Both the position numbers and the translations under genes were made by a program. From Lama guanicoe (Eukaryota), in the NCBI GenBank assembly GCA_013239625.1, contig MU053431.1, forward strand, positions 1,204,485 to 1,266,484: a DNA stretch of 62,000 nucleotides, in the 5' to 3' direction. Positions 24,001 through 36,020 of the stretch are shown piece by piece (positions within the stretch are counted from its first letter, which is position 1; every line of letters starts with the position of its first letter). The notes under the pieces are model-generated. The model did no database searches. It had not been told where the DNA came from and saw only the letters and a program-made list of their open reading frames with translations.

Positions 24001-27000
24001 TTTGGGTTCTGTTTGTTTTTCTCCAGCTGCTTTAGGTGTGAGGCTAGGTTGCTGACCTGAGATTTTCCTTGTTTCCTAAGGTGGGCTGGTATCGCTATAA
24101 ACTTCCCTCTTAGAACTGCCTTTGCTGCGTCCCAGAGGTTTTGGGTTGTTGTGTTTTTGTTTTCATTAGTCTCAGAGTACTTTCTGGTTTCCTCTTTGAC
24201 TTCTCCAGTGATCCGTTGGTGGTTTAGTAGCACATTGTTTGGCCTCCACGTGTCTGCAGTTTTTTGCAGTTTTTTCTTGTAGTTGATTTCCAACCTTACA
24301 GTGTTGTGGTCAGAAAAGACGGTAGGTACAATTCCAGTGTTCTTAAAGTTACGGAGGCTTCTTTGTGGGCCAGCATGTGGCTGATTCTGGAGAATGTTTT
24401 GTGTGCACTTGAGAAGAATGTGTATCCTGTTGCTTTTGGGTAGAATGCTCTATAGGTATCAATTAGGTCGATCTGGTTTAATGTGTCCTTTAGGGCCTGC
24501 ATTCCCTTATTGATTTTCTGCCTGGATGGCGTGTCCACTGATGTAAGAGGGGTGTTAGGTCCCCCACTGTTATTGTGTTATTGTCAATTTCTCCTTTTAT
24601 GTCTGTTAACGGTTGCCTTATATGTGGAGGTGCTCCTGTGTTGGGTGCATGTATATTTACAATTGCTACATCTTCTTCTTGGATTGATCCCTCGAGCGTT
24701 GTGTAGTGTCCTTTTGCTCTTGTAATAGTCTTTATTTTAAAGTCCAAATTTTGCCTGATATAAGTATTGCTGCACCAGCTCTCTTTTGGTCTCTGCATGG
24801 AATATCTTTTTCCACCCCCTCACCTTCAGCCTGCAGGTGCCTCTAGCTCTGAAGTGGGTCTCTGGCAGACGGCATGTATATGGGTCTTGTCTTTGTATCC
24901 ATTCAGCCTGTCTGTGTCTTTTGGTTGGAGTGTTTAATCCACTTACATTTAAGGTAATTATCCATACCTATGTTTTTATTGCCATTTTGTTAATTGTTTG
25001 GGGTCTGTTTTGTAGGTCTTTTTTTTCTCTTCTTTTCGTTCTCTTTTTCATGATTTGATGAGAAGGTCCTTTAACATTTGTCATAAAGCTGGTTGGGTGG
25101 TGCTGAGTTCTTTTAGCTTTTGTTTATCTGTGAAGATTTTGATTTCTCCATCAAATCTGAACGCGAGCCTTGCTGGATAGAATTATTCTTGGTTAAGTTT
25201 TTCCCTTTCATCACTTCAAATATATCATGCCGCTCCCTTCTGGCCTATAGAGTTTCTGCTGAAAAAGCAGCTGATAGCCTTACGGGAGCCCCCGTGGGTG
25301 TTATTTGTTGCTTTTCTCCTGCTGATGTTAATACTTTCTCCTTCTCCTTAGTTTTTGTCAGTGTGGTGACTGTGTGCCTCGGTGTGTCCCTCTTTGGGCT
25401 GATCCTGTGTGGTGCTGCCTGCACTTCCTGGACTTGGGTGACTGTTCCCTTTCCCAGGTTGGGGGAATTTTCAGTGATTATCTCTTCAAAGATTTCCTCA
25501 GGTCCTTTCTCTTTTTTCTTTCTGGGACCCCTGTAATGCGAATATTAGAGTGCTTCGTGTCCCAGAGTTCTCTTAAACTGTCCTCATTTCTTTTCATTCT
25601 TTTTTCTTTTTTTTCTGTTCTGCAGTAGTGACTTCCACTAATCTGTCTTCTAGCTCATTGGTCAGTTCTTCTGCCTCATTCAGTCTATTCTTGGTTCCTC
25701 CTAGTGTGTTGTTCTTTCAGTGGTTTTATTCTTCAGCTCTGGATACTCTCTGTATTTTCTAACTCTTTGCTAAAAACTTCACTCTGTGCATCTAGACTAC
25801 TCCTGAGTTCTCTGAACATCCTCACCATCATGACTTTAAACTCTTTCTGGGATAAATTACCTATCTCCTCATCGCTTACTTCTTCTACTGGGATTTTATC
25901 TTATGCCTTGGCCTGGGAGATATTCCTCTGCCACCTCATCTTATCTTTCTATTTGTATTTTTAGGTAGGTTAGTTACATGTCTCAACCTTGGAGAGGTGG
26001 CCCTCTGTGGGAGATGTCCAATGTGTCCCGCAGTGCACTCCTCTCTTGTCACCCAAGGGCCAGGGTCTAGCCAATCCCAGTGTAGAGTCTGGCCTGTGTT
26101 TGTGGATTCCTTCCACAGCCTTTGGGATGTTGTTTTCTTATTTCTGGTATCTGCCCCTGGTGGGTGAGGCTGGACTAGAGGCTTATGCAGAGTTCCTGGC
26201 AGGAGGGGCCGGTGCCTGCCCACTGCTGGGTGGAGCTTGGTCCTGGACCTCTGGTGGGCAGGGCCGTGTCTAGAGGCTCAGGAAGTCTGCAGACGGGTGG
26301 GGCTGTTCCCACTCAGTATGTTGTTTGGCCTGAGGCATCCCAGCCCTAGGCCTACAGGCTTCTGGGTGAGGCTGGGTCTTGGTGCTAATGATCCAATCAA
26401 GATGTCAGCCTCCAGGAAAGCTCATGAAGATGAACACTCCTGGAATGTCTGCCACCAGCTTTTATGTCCCCTGGGTGAGCCGCAGCCATCCCCACCGCCT
26501 CAGAAGATCCTCCAAAATCAGCAGGCAGATCCGGCCCAGGCTCCTATGAAATCACTGCCTCTGCCCCGGACCTGGCGCACGTGAGATTCTGTGTGCGCTT
26601 CCCAAGAGAACGGGGTCTCTGTTTCCCCCAGTCCGGTGGGGCTCCTGGAGCTAGGCGCCACTGGCCTTCAAAACCAGATGTCCTGGGGTCTCCTCCTCCT
26701 CCCGAGGCCAGAACCCCGGGCCAGGGAGCCTGGCATGGGGCTCAGAACTCGCCCCTGTGGGGGGGGCCTCTGTGCCTTAATCATTCTTCAGCAGTGGGTC
26801 ACCCTCCTCTGGGGGGTATGGGGCCCGATCATAATGCAAGCACGCCCCTCTCACCGTCCCGCTGTGGTTCCCTCTTTATGTTTCCAGCTGAAGATCTTTT
26901 TTGCCAGGTTCCAGCCTTTTCTCAGTGGTCGTTTAGCAGCCAGCTGTGGTTTCGTTGTAGTCGCGAGGAGAGGCGCGTTCGTGGTCCCGCCGCTCCGCCA

Positions 27001-27019
27001 TCTTGACCAGAAAGCCCCC
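21088..27019 (-). mobile_element. Near full-length decayed LINE-1 (5' UTR, ORF1, ORF2, truncated 3' UTR), antisense in CDH4 intron 9
   Basis: 5' end GGGGCTTTCTGGTCAAGATGGCGG with YY1 motif (26995-27005). ORF1 ATG at 25939 (MRWQRNISQ...EIGNLSQKEFKVMMV) to ~25060. ORF2 ATG at 24985 (MAIKT*VWIITLNVSGLN, endonuclease) through RT fragments ([31 protein letters not shown]) and the C-terminal region ([25 protein letters not shown]) to TAA at 21196-21198. Many stops and frameshifts. Confidence 0.96.
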
Positions 27020-29439
27020 GAGGTGTTCCACCCGAGAAAGCGCCTCCCGACTAGCGTCCTGGGCTTCGGGAGAGACACCATCCTCGCAGACAGTCTGCCT
27101 CCGAGGACGGGCGCCGGGGGGCCTGGGGCGCGGCGGGGGGCACAGGAGGTGGAGGGGCAGGCAGGGGCCCCGGCGGCCCAGCCCTGGGGCTCCGGTGCCC
27201 TGGGGCCGTCTGCTCTCGGCGCCAGGACTGGGTCCGAGCTCCTGCCCCCGCACAGCCAGCCGCCCCCTCGTGCCTCAGTTTCCTCGTACAGAAAATGAAG
27301 CTAACTGTGGGACCTGCGCCCAGGTTTACTGGCAGCATTAAACAGATCCTGGATGTAAGGGACTCGGGACAGCAGCGGGCCCGCAGCAAGCGCTCAGTCC
27401 ACAGTCAGGATGAGCTGCTGCCGCCACCGCGTTCATCCCCACCATCGTCATCGTCGCCACAGACTAGGTGCTCTCCCGGCTCAAGGCCCCGTGAGTGAAC
27501 AGCTCCTCTGCTCTCAGAGCCCAGCCCCCATGGGGAGTCTGTCACTGTCCCGAACCTCCCTCCCGCGCCCTCCTCCAGCTGTAAGTGCGCCATCTCCTCC
27601 AAGGAGGAGCACATCAGACTCAGGCACAGCTCCCTCCCAGCCTGGTACCTGGGCCGCAGCTTTTGAAGCTCAAAAGCCACAACCACCTCTTCCACTTGCC
27701 CACGGGCAGCAGCAAGGCTTGTCTGGGGCAGTGAGTGAGCTGTGACCCAGGGACCTGGAGGAGGGCTGGGGGGACAGCAACACTGGGGGCGGCCCAGTTC
27801 AGAGTCACGGTTCCCTCTGGCCCTCCAGCGCCGGCAGCTCCCAGGGCACGGCTCCGGGTGGACACACTCCATCGTGAGCATCCCAAACACGGGAGCAGAA
27901 CACAGCCTGGCCCTCCATGTGCACTGGTTTCCCTGCCCCCCACCCCCCGCCACTGCCCTCCAGCCAGGGTGCCCCCAGCCCTGCCCCCCAAACCTGCGCC
28001 CACACTAGGCTGCTCCTCCTCAGGGTGCAGACCCAGCCCCGGGTTTTGAGCAAAAGGTGGCGCCACGTCCGGAGGCAGCTGCGTGGAGACCCGGTGAGTC
28101 CACCCAGCCTCCCTAAAGGGAACTGTTGGAGCAAATTACCTATTGATTTCTCCATTACAAATATGCTTTGCTTTACCCTCCTATGGACTTTTATTGGTCA
28201 TAATAGTCTTTCCGGAAGGTGTCCTCACTCAGACCAGTGACACAATTTTTAACGTGTGACATGTGGCATTATTCCACGTCCACCAGGGACATGTGCCAAT
28301 AAATATGGGTGAGAGCTCGCTTCCTTTGGTGACTTGTTCATGGACAAATCCACCATGATTTTATGAAACACTATATTTAAGCGGAGTGACCCCCACCCCT
28401 GGCCAACCCTCAGAGGGCCCTGGGGGAGTGGCTGGGGGGGCCCAGCTGCTTGGTTCTTGAGGGCAGGCAGGGGTCCTGGACACAGTGTGGGTGCAGGTGG
28501 GTGCTCTGTGCTTGGAGGCATCTGGGGACGGCGACCAAGCCCGCACCCAGGGGTGGGCTCACGGTCTTGGGCCTGAGGCCCCAGCAGGTCCTTCAGATGA
28601 GGGGATACCAGTTTATCCTGATCAGGTGCCTCCTTGGACAGGCAGCCAGCTTGGCCATTGAGGGTCCCGCCAGGGTGACACCTGCAGGCACAAGCCCCCC
28701 CCATTAATCATGCCCCCTTAAGCACCATGCTGGGCGATGGTGGGGGCCACGGGGGTGTTGGACTGCCCCCTCCAAGGCCCAGGCACCCATGGGGAATGGC
28801 TGACCCACACTGACACCGTGCTGAGAGCAAGGTCCTGGAAGGCAGAGATACACAGTGCAGCCCCCACCCCAAGGTGCTCGAAGAGATGGAGTGGGTGGGA
28901 CCTCAGCCGTGAGAGGGCCGTGGCATCTCACTGGGGGCTCTGGGAGGCCAGCAGGGAGCACCCCTTCCTTTGGCAGAGGAGGGTTCCCCCAAGGTCACCT
29001 GGGGCCGTCGGGAGAGGACGATGCGGGCGTCAGCCCCAGAACCCTGACCCCTGGCTCCAGGCCCTCCGGCCGGGCAGGCACCACCGTCTCAGGCCCCTCT
29101 CCACACCCACCCAGAACTATGACTTGCTTTTTAAGCTCCTTCTCACGCTCAACACCTTACTGAGCAGCAGGAGCTGAGAAGGCAGGGGGTCTTAAAGGCC
29201 CACAAACACCAGCGCAGAGCGGCGGGGGCACGCAGAGCCGCGGGGGGCACGCAGAGGCGGGCCGCGCCGCGCCGCCAGCAGCCGCAGGCCTCCCGGGAGA
29301 ACCGGCCGCACGGCGGACAAGGGCCTCTCTCGGCAGGAGCGCTCTGCTAGTTCTCACCAACAGCCCCGAGCACACCTGGAAGCAGCGGAGGCAGGTGCAG
29401 CCTCGCCCGCACTTCAGTGTCTCGGGCGTCAGCTGCCCG

Positions 29440-29740
29440 GGGCTTCAGCTACACGTTTTGCTACGTGCAGTTTTAACACCCAGACCCCACCAGCCTCCAC
29501 CTGTAGCTCTATCAGGAGGCGCCCCCCTCAGAAACACGCTTTGCTTACCTCACCACGCCGCTGTGGCGCCTGGCGAAACCAGCCGCGTTCCTCTTGTATC
29601 CGCCAGTCGTCTACATTCAGTGCCCTTAATTTTCCTAAAACCGTCTCTTTGCAGTACGGTTTTTCAGATCTGGATCCAAACAGGGTCCCCAGGCTGCGTC
29701 GGGTTGTAAGGCGTCTTGAATTGCTCTCCACATTCCGCCC
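29440..29740 (-). mobile_element. Ancient L1MC-like 3' fragment
   Basis: GATCTGGATCCAAACAGGGTCCCCAGGCTGCGTCGGGTTGTAAGGCGTCTTGA resembles L1MC4-type 3' UTR in reverse. Confidence 0.4.
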
Positions 29741-30179
29741 GCCTCTGACCTGGCACAGACGCCAGGTCCGCTGTGCGGAATCCGTCCAGTCGCTTCCTCG
29801 CGGCGTGTCTGGTACCCCGCGCCCCGCGTGCCCTGGAACCCGGGCTGCAGGCCCGTCCCTGGGGGCAGCCGAGTCGCCTCAGGGAGCTCGCAGTGCCTGG
29901 ATGTCCCGCACACGGTCATCTGAGCCTGATCCGGGGCTCAGGTGTGACGGCCTGCTCCTTCACCGTGGAGCTGACCTTTCCCCTTCTGACCAGCAGGCGG
30001 TCTGCAAAAACACAGCTCTCCATCAGCCTCCATTGTTGGCCATTTCCAAATTCCTTCCTTAGGGCGCACAGAAAGGCGCTCTCACAATTCCATCGTTCCC
30101 GTATGTTCCTCAGGTGGAATGCTGTCCCTCGTCAACAGAGCCTCCGAGCGGCTCAAGGGCTCAAGGGCAGGTCTGTGGT

Positions 30180-30585
30180 CGGCAGGCAGCGCCCCTCCCC
30201 CAGAGATGTCCGCCAGGTCCCAACCCCCCAGATCTGTACAGATGTGGCAGGAGGTGCTCTGCAGATGTGATCCAGGGTCTTGAGACGGGAGAGGACCCCA
30301 GACAGTCCATGTAATCACGGGGCCCTTGTAAGGAGGAAGCAGGAGGGCCAGAGCCGGAGGAGGCGCGAGGACGCAGCGGAGGTCGGGCAGGGAGGCTGGG
30401 AGAGGCTAACCTGCTTTGCGGGTGGAGGGAGGGGCCGAGAGCGCAGGCCCCCAACGGGAGCCGGGAAAGGCCAGGAAACCTTCCCCAGAGCCTCCTGGAG
30501 GCCCCAGCCCTGGCCACACCTTGAACTTGGCCCAGTGGCACAGATTTTTGACAAATTTGTGTTGTTTTAAGCCTCTACGTGGGAA
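30180..30585 (+). mobile_element. MLT1 (ERVL-MaLR) solo LTR
   Basis: TGCAGATGTGAT...TCTTGAGACGGGAGA...GTAATCACGGGGCCCTTGTAAG...CCCCAGAGCCTCCTGGAGG...AAATTTGTGTTGTTTTAAGCC are MLT1C/D hallmarks. Confidence 0.8.
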
Positions 30586-30879
30586 CATGAAAGTAACACA
30601 GAGGCCAACAGAAAAGGCCAGAATGAGGCTTCACCCCTCACCTGACTCCCGGCTGTCAGAGCAGAGCTGGTCCGCCGGCCGCTGGGTGTCCCCGCCGAGT
30701 CTCCGGGGCCCGCTGTAACGGTGGCTGCCCAGCGCAAGTTTCTTCCCGCTCCCTCTTCTTCCCCCCTGGGGTCAGAGGTTAGGCGAGACCGGCTCCCTCC
30801 AGACCCTGGGGGGTTGCTTGTGCTCGCGTCTTCCAGTTTGGAGCGCTGCGCTCCTGGACCTGCGGCCCCTCCTCCATCT

Positions 30880-31075
30880 TCAGAGCCAGAACCACCTTGG
30901 CCTCCGTCCCCACATGGCCCTCTTACAACAACCCTGTGATGGCATTTAGGGCCCCCAGGTAGTCCAGCATCACCTCCCATCTCGAGGTCCTTACCTTCAT
31001 CAGGTCTGCAAAGTCCTTGTTGCCAGGGAGAGTGACTATTCACAGATTCCAGAGATGAGGACCTGGGTAAATCCC
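30880..31075 (-). mobile_element. MLT1 LTR fragment (opposite orientation)
   Basis: CCTGTGATGGCATTTAGGGCCC...CTCCCATCTCGAGGTCCTTAC...TCTGCAAAGTCC...ATTCACAGATTCCAGAGATGAGGAC. Confidence 0.7.
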
Positions 31076-31585
31076 GAAGTGACAAGCGAAGCCGTGAGAG
31101 TTCTTCATTTCCTCGCTACGGCTAAGACTGCACAGATTTTTACACAGTGTTTTTGGGCAGCTGCAGGCATCACTGCTTCTGCCCTCTGGCTAGGGGCACC
31201 ACCACCCCCCCGCCGGTTCCTAGGTGCTCCTGCCACGTCCTTGCTTTGTGACCCACTGGACACCCCAGGTTTGCCTTGCCTCACGTCTGGATCCGCCGTT
31301 CCTCCAGCAAGAAGTAGCATTTATAAACCAGCATCCGGAGAGGTGCTCGCCGCCGCCGCACAGCTGGGCGTTGTCCGGGGCAGAGCGAGGAGCAGCAGCG
31401 CTTCAGAGCAGGTGCTTCCTGACCATCTCAGATTTATTTCACTGATTCACACAATCACTTCATCCAAACTGAAAGCCAGAGGGTTTACCTGACTTTGCTG
31501 ACTTTATCCTTGGTCTCCTTTCTCTTACACCGAGAACCTTGGCTCCTGACAATGTTAACGGCCACTTGCTTTATCCTGCGATGCA

Positions 31586-31886
31586 CAGTCACCCCTCGCT
31601 ATCTGTGGGGAAGTTACTCCAGGACACCACCTGGCAGATACCAACATCCAGACAGTCAAGTCCCTTATATAAAATGGCACAGCATTTGCACCTAACCCGC
31701 ACGCATTCTCCCGTGTACTTTAACTTACGACACGAAACACGGTGCCGGGGCTGCATACATGGTTGCCTGTGGGCAGCAAATTCAGGTTTTGCTTTTGGGA
31801 AATTCCTGGAATTTTTTTCAAATATTTTCATTCCATGGTTGGTTGAATCCATGGATGTGGAGCCCATGGATACAGAGGGCCAGCTG
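31586..31886 (+). mobile_element. MER2B-like TcMar-Tigger DNA transposon (internally deleted, both TIRs present)
   Basis: TIRs CAGTCACCCCTCGCTATCTGTGGG and CCCATGGATACAGAGGGCCAGCTG; internal CAAGTCCCTTATATAAAATGGC and GGTTGGTTGAATCCATGGATG. Confidence 0.85.
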
Positions 31887-32124
31887 TGCCGTAAAAGCTG
31901 GAAAAATAGCAAATCCAAAATCACTGCCAACAGCAAGAAGACCAGTGGGCTCAGGGCTTCTTCACAACGACCGTCGCAGCAGTTCGTGCCCTTACTGGCC
32001 GTTTGTACGTGTCCTTTAGAACGAGCTCCCCGAAGGGCTCCTGTCCAAGTCCTGTCCAGTCACTGGCAACCGTTATTTCCTTGGGAGCTGCGTTACCACT
32101 GACACACAGACGGTCTAATTTAAC

Positions 32125-32700
32125 TCAGTTTGTACTTTTCAGAAATTGATTTGTATACACAATTTCACTCATAACACCTAAAGTGGGAGAATGTAAGATT
32201 TTACATGGCTCCAAAAACCAAAGCTAATGGCAGAAACACACACAGCAAACTCATGCCCCCAGCAGCTCCCTCTGCCCCGTGCCTTCCCTCTGCTCAGGGG
32301 AGACCGTTTCTGTGAGCTGCTTGGTTCTCCTTTGAGCCTTGCTTTCTGCAGATATGAGCAGATACACCTGCAAGCTCGTATCTCTCTCCTGACACGGCAC
32401 ACACACCACTGCTCTTCCTGCTCACCCACCAACCCTGCAGGCTCTCCAGTTCCGCACGTGTCTTCCTGCCGCAAATGTCTCTGCTGTGTGCACGCAGCTC
32501 AGCCGGCCGGCCGGGGCCGTGGGTATGTCTGTGTTGACGCAAGTATCCACCCTCTGAGTGACAGGTGATACTGCGATGAATAACCTGGGCCACCTGACAC
32601 TCTGCACGTGTCTAAGCAGAATTATTAGAATGCAGTGGCAATGTATTGTGTTGCTTGTGTTTTCCAGTGAGGCTGTTGTGAGCTTTGCCTCAAATAATTA
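32125..32700 (-). mobile_element. Ancient L1ME-like 3' fragments
   Basis: AT-rich start followed by degenerate reverse L1ME motifs (e.g. ATACTGCGATGAATAACCT; AGAATTATTAG). Confidence 0.4.
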
Positions 32701-32874
32701 CACGTCTCAGGGCCCCCAGCACCTCCGCGCAACTCCTGTCCCCCCTCAAAGTGAGAAGAAACCCCCCAGACCACAGAGCTGTAGAGCCACACCTGCACTT
32801 ACCAGCCGGGGTCCTGACACCCCCAAAACGCATGCTGGCTGGAGGGACGTCCACGCAGGGCCCCTCAACACCTG

Positions 32875-33290
32875 ATGGGTCGCGTCCCAGGCTGCTCTAG
32901 CACGTGACCACAGACCGGGTGGGTTAGAACAGCTGCGGGACAGTCTCTCACGGCTCTGGAGGCCAAACGCCCCAGATCCAGGTGCTGGCGGGGCCGCGCT
33001 CCCTCTGGAGGCTCCGGGAGGCCGCTCCTGGTGGTGGCCACCAGTCTTTGGTGTCCTTGGCTCCGAGCCGCCTCTCTCCAGCCTCCGCCTCTATCTGCAC
33101 GTGGCCCTGTCCCTGGGTCTCGAATCTCCCTCCCCTTGCTCTCCCATGGCCCCCGTCCTTGGACTTGGGGTCCACCCTCAATCCAGGATGACTTCATCTC
33201 AAGACCTTTAACTCGCTGGCATCTACAAAGACCCTATGTGTCAAAAGGTCACATGCACAAGTTCCAGATGGACACATCTTTGTGGACCAC
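32875..33290 (-). mobile_element. MLT1B/C-like solo LTR
   Basis: TCTCTCACGGCTCTGGAGGCC...GGGCCGCGCTCCCTCTGGAGGCTCCGGG...ATCCAGGATGACTTCATCTCAAGA...CATCTACAAAGACCCTAT...AAGGTCACAT. Confidence 0.8.
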
Positions 33291-33464
33291 CCCCCCCCCA
33301 CCTGCTCCAACTCTGGAGGCGGCCCTGGCAAACAGCCGGGGCCTTGACCTGCTGGTAGGAGGGGGAGGGTCCGGGTCGGGCTAGGCCCTCCTGATGCTTG
33401 AAGGGGGGCAGCGCCGTGGGGTCGGGGGACTGCCCCGAGGAGCCCAGTCGCTGCCACGCCATGA

Positions 33465-33947
<483 letters not shown>

Positions 33948-34422
33948 TAGAGTCCAAAACACCTAGTGACACCTGCAACCCAGAAAGCTCCCGGCCTGGG
34001 GTGCCCCAAGCAGGGAAGCCCAGTCCGGGGACAGCTGGGACCACAGCCACCAGGCTGCCCTGACAGCAGTCGGCCCGGCGCCGCGAGCGCCCCACAGACC
34101 ATGAGCGCCACCGTGATTCCGCCCCAGACGAGCATCAGCCGTGTCTAGGCTCGGGCTGGGTCCTGACTCCACCCTCGTGAGCTGTCTGGCTTTTGCACGC
34201 CACCCGCCCTCTGTCCTCGGTCTCCGCACCTGTGGAGCGGGACGGCGGAGGGCCTGCCCCCCAGGGTCCCCATGGGCTTCACTAGCCCATCCACCTCGGG
34301 GACCACCAGCCGCTGTTGTCGCTGTCCCGCGTGGGACCTGCTCCCCAGGGAGCTCAGCCCAGGCCGGCACTCCAAAGAGGGGCTCTCCCCGGCCCCTCGC
34401 CTCACCCTACCTCCTCCCCCAG

Positions 34423-34565
34423 ATACTCAAAGCTGTCGGACCCAGCAAACTGGCTGCACATCAACGCCACCAACGGCCAGATCAGCACGGCGGCCGTCCT
34501 CGACCGCGAGTCTCTCTACATCAGGAACAACGTCTACGAGGCCACGTTCCTGGCAGCCGACAACG
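34423..34565 (+). CDS. CDH4: Cadherin-4 exon 11 (EC4)
   Basis: cag|A TAC; encodes [47 protein letters not shown](G) with LDRE motif; ends G|gtgtgc; 143 nt, phase 2-1. Confidence 0.97.
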
Positions 34566-35339
34566 GTGTGCCTGGGGGCGGGGGTGCGGGGGCGCCCTGA
34601 GGGCCCCGGCCTGGGGAGCGGCGTTGGGGCCCTGGGTGGCCCCTGCCCGGCCACTCAGAGCCCTGGGCTCACTGGTCGACAGGCACGAGTACTCACAGGT
34701 GGGCACCGCGGGAGCCGGGCTGGCGGCGTGGGGCCGAGGTCTGTCGCTGCCCCTGTGGCTCACCTGCACGACCTGAAACGCCTCCTGTCCCACCTGTAAA
34801 CTTGGGCATTAGAGCCACATCCGCACCGGAGAAAAGCTGCCTGCTGTGCCGACAGTCGGGGTGGGGGGACCCCACAGTTCAGCTGCCCCTCCCCTGACTG
34901 TAACAACCCATGACTTGGACCCCTGAGGCCTTCAGTCAGAGAAGGGGGCAGGGGTCCCCAAGAGGGGCCCAGAGGCAGGGTGGGCATCCATGAGAAGCCA
35001 CACCGGTGGCACGTGCCTTGGGAGCTCAGAGAGGGCAATGGCGAGGCCCCTGAGCCAGACAGAGGGGCCTGGGGTGGGGAGAGGGGCTGGGCATGGGTGA
35101 ATGGGGGCTGGGCAGAGGCAGTGGCCAGGAGACCAGCAGGGAGCAGAAAGAACGTCCAAGAGCACTGGGCCTTCTGAGGGACATGGGTAGCATCTCCAGG
35201 AGCTGGTACGGGGACTCTTGGTGCCCCCTCCTTGGACCGAGGGCACTCGGGAGCCCATGGGGGCCCTAGCTGGCAGGGTGTCCAGCCCACTCTGAAAAAG
35301 GAAGGGAGGGCGTGGGTGGGAGTGAAGACTCAAACCAGA

Positions 35340-35480
35340 GGTGAGTCCCAGCACCTCCCCTCAGTGTGGGAAGAGACTTAACTCCCCAAGCCTCGGTTTC
35401 CTCCTCTGCAAAATGGGGACAGCCACTACCTCTGCTCGGGGGTGCCGCTGGAGGAACAGGGCCTGGCTCAAGTCAGCACC
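35340..35480 (+). mobile_element. MIR SINE fragment
   Basis: ACTTAACTCCCCAAGCCTCGGTTTCCTCCTCTGCAAAATGGGGAC is the MIR core. Confidence 0.7.
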
Positions 35481-35579
35481 GGCATTCCTGCTGTGACCTC
35501 CTGGGCTCCTGCCATGTGCCAGCCACAATTCATCAGTGAGCAAAACAGACAAAATCATGGTTGACATTCCAGAGGCCAG

Positions 35580-36020
35580 TGTGTCAGCTAGAACCAGGTT
35601 TGGCTGCATCATAATAATCATAATCACAACAAGACGGAGGTTTATTTTCTCCCAAATAAAAGAAGGCTGAAGGCCGGCAGCCCTGGGTCAGGCACAAGCA
35701 ACCAGGCTCACTCTGGCCACCCCCGTGTCCTCGGCAAGCTGTAGCATGGCCCAGAATGGCTGCCAGTGCTCCAGCCATCAGGACCACATTCTGGCAAACA
35801 GAGCAGGGAGGTCAAGGGCATACCCCAGCCCTTCTAAGGACTTCCACTCACAACTCATGAAGGCCAGAACTCAGTCATGAAAACACCTGGCTACAAGGGA
35901 TGCTGAGAAATGCAGTCTTCTCGCTGGGCAGTGATAACCCCAGATCGGATTGGCGGCTCTGGGTCTTTTATTAAAGAACAAAGAAGAAATGGAGATTGAG
36001 GGACTTAGCAGTCTCTGCCC
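35580..36020 (-). mobile_element. MLT1J/K-like solo LTR
   Basis: AGGTTTGGCTGC...GGTTTATTTTCTC...AATGGCTGCCAGTGCTCCAGCCATC...GCCAGAACTCAGTCATG...GCTACAAGGGATGCTGAGAAATGCAGTCTT...AGCAGTCTCTGCC. Confidence 0.7.

Noticed and set aside
21196..25939. Active reverse transcriptase/endonuclease system
   Set aside because: L1 ORF1 and ORF2 carry early stops and many frameshifts; this is a dead LINE-1, not a novel RT system.
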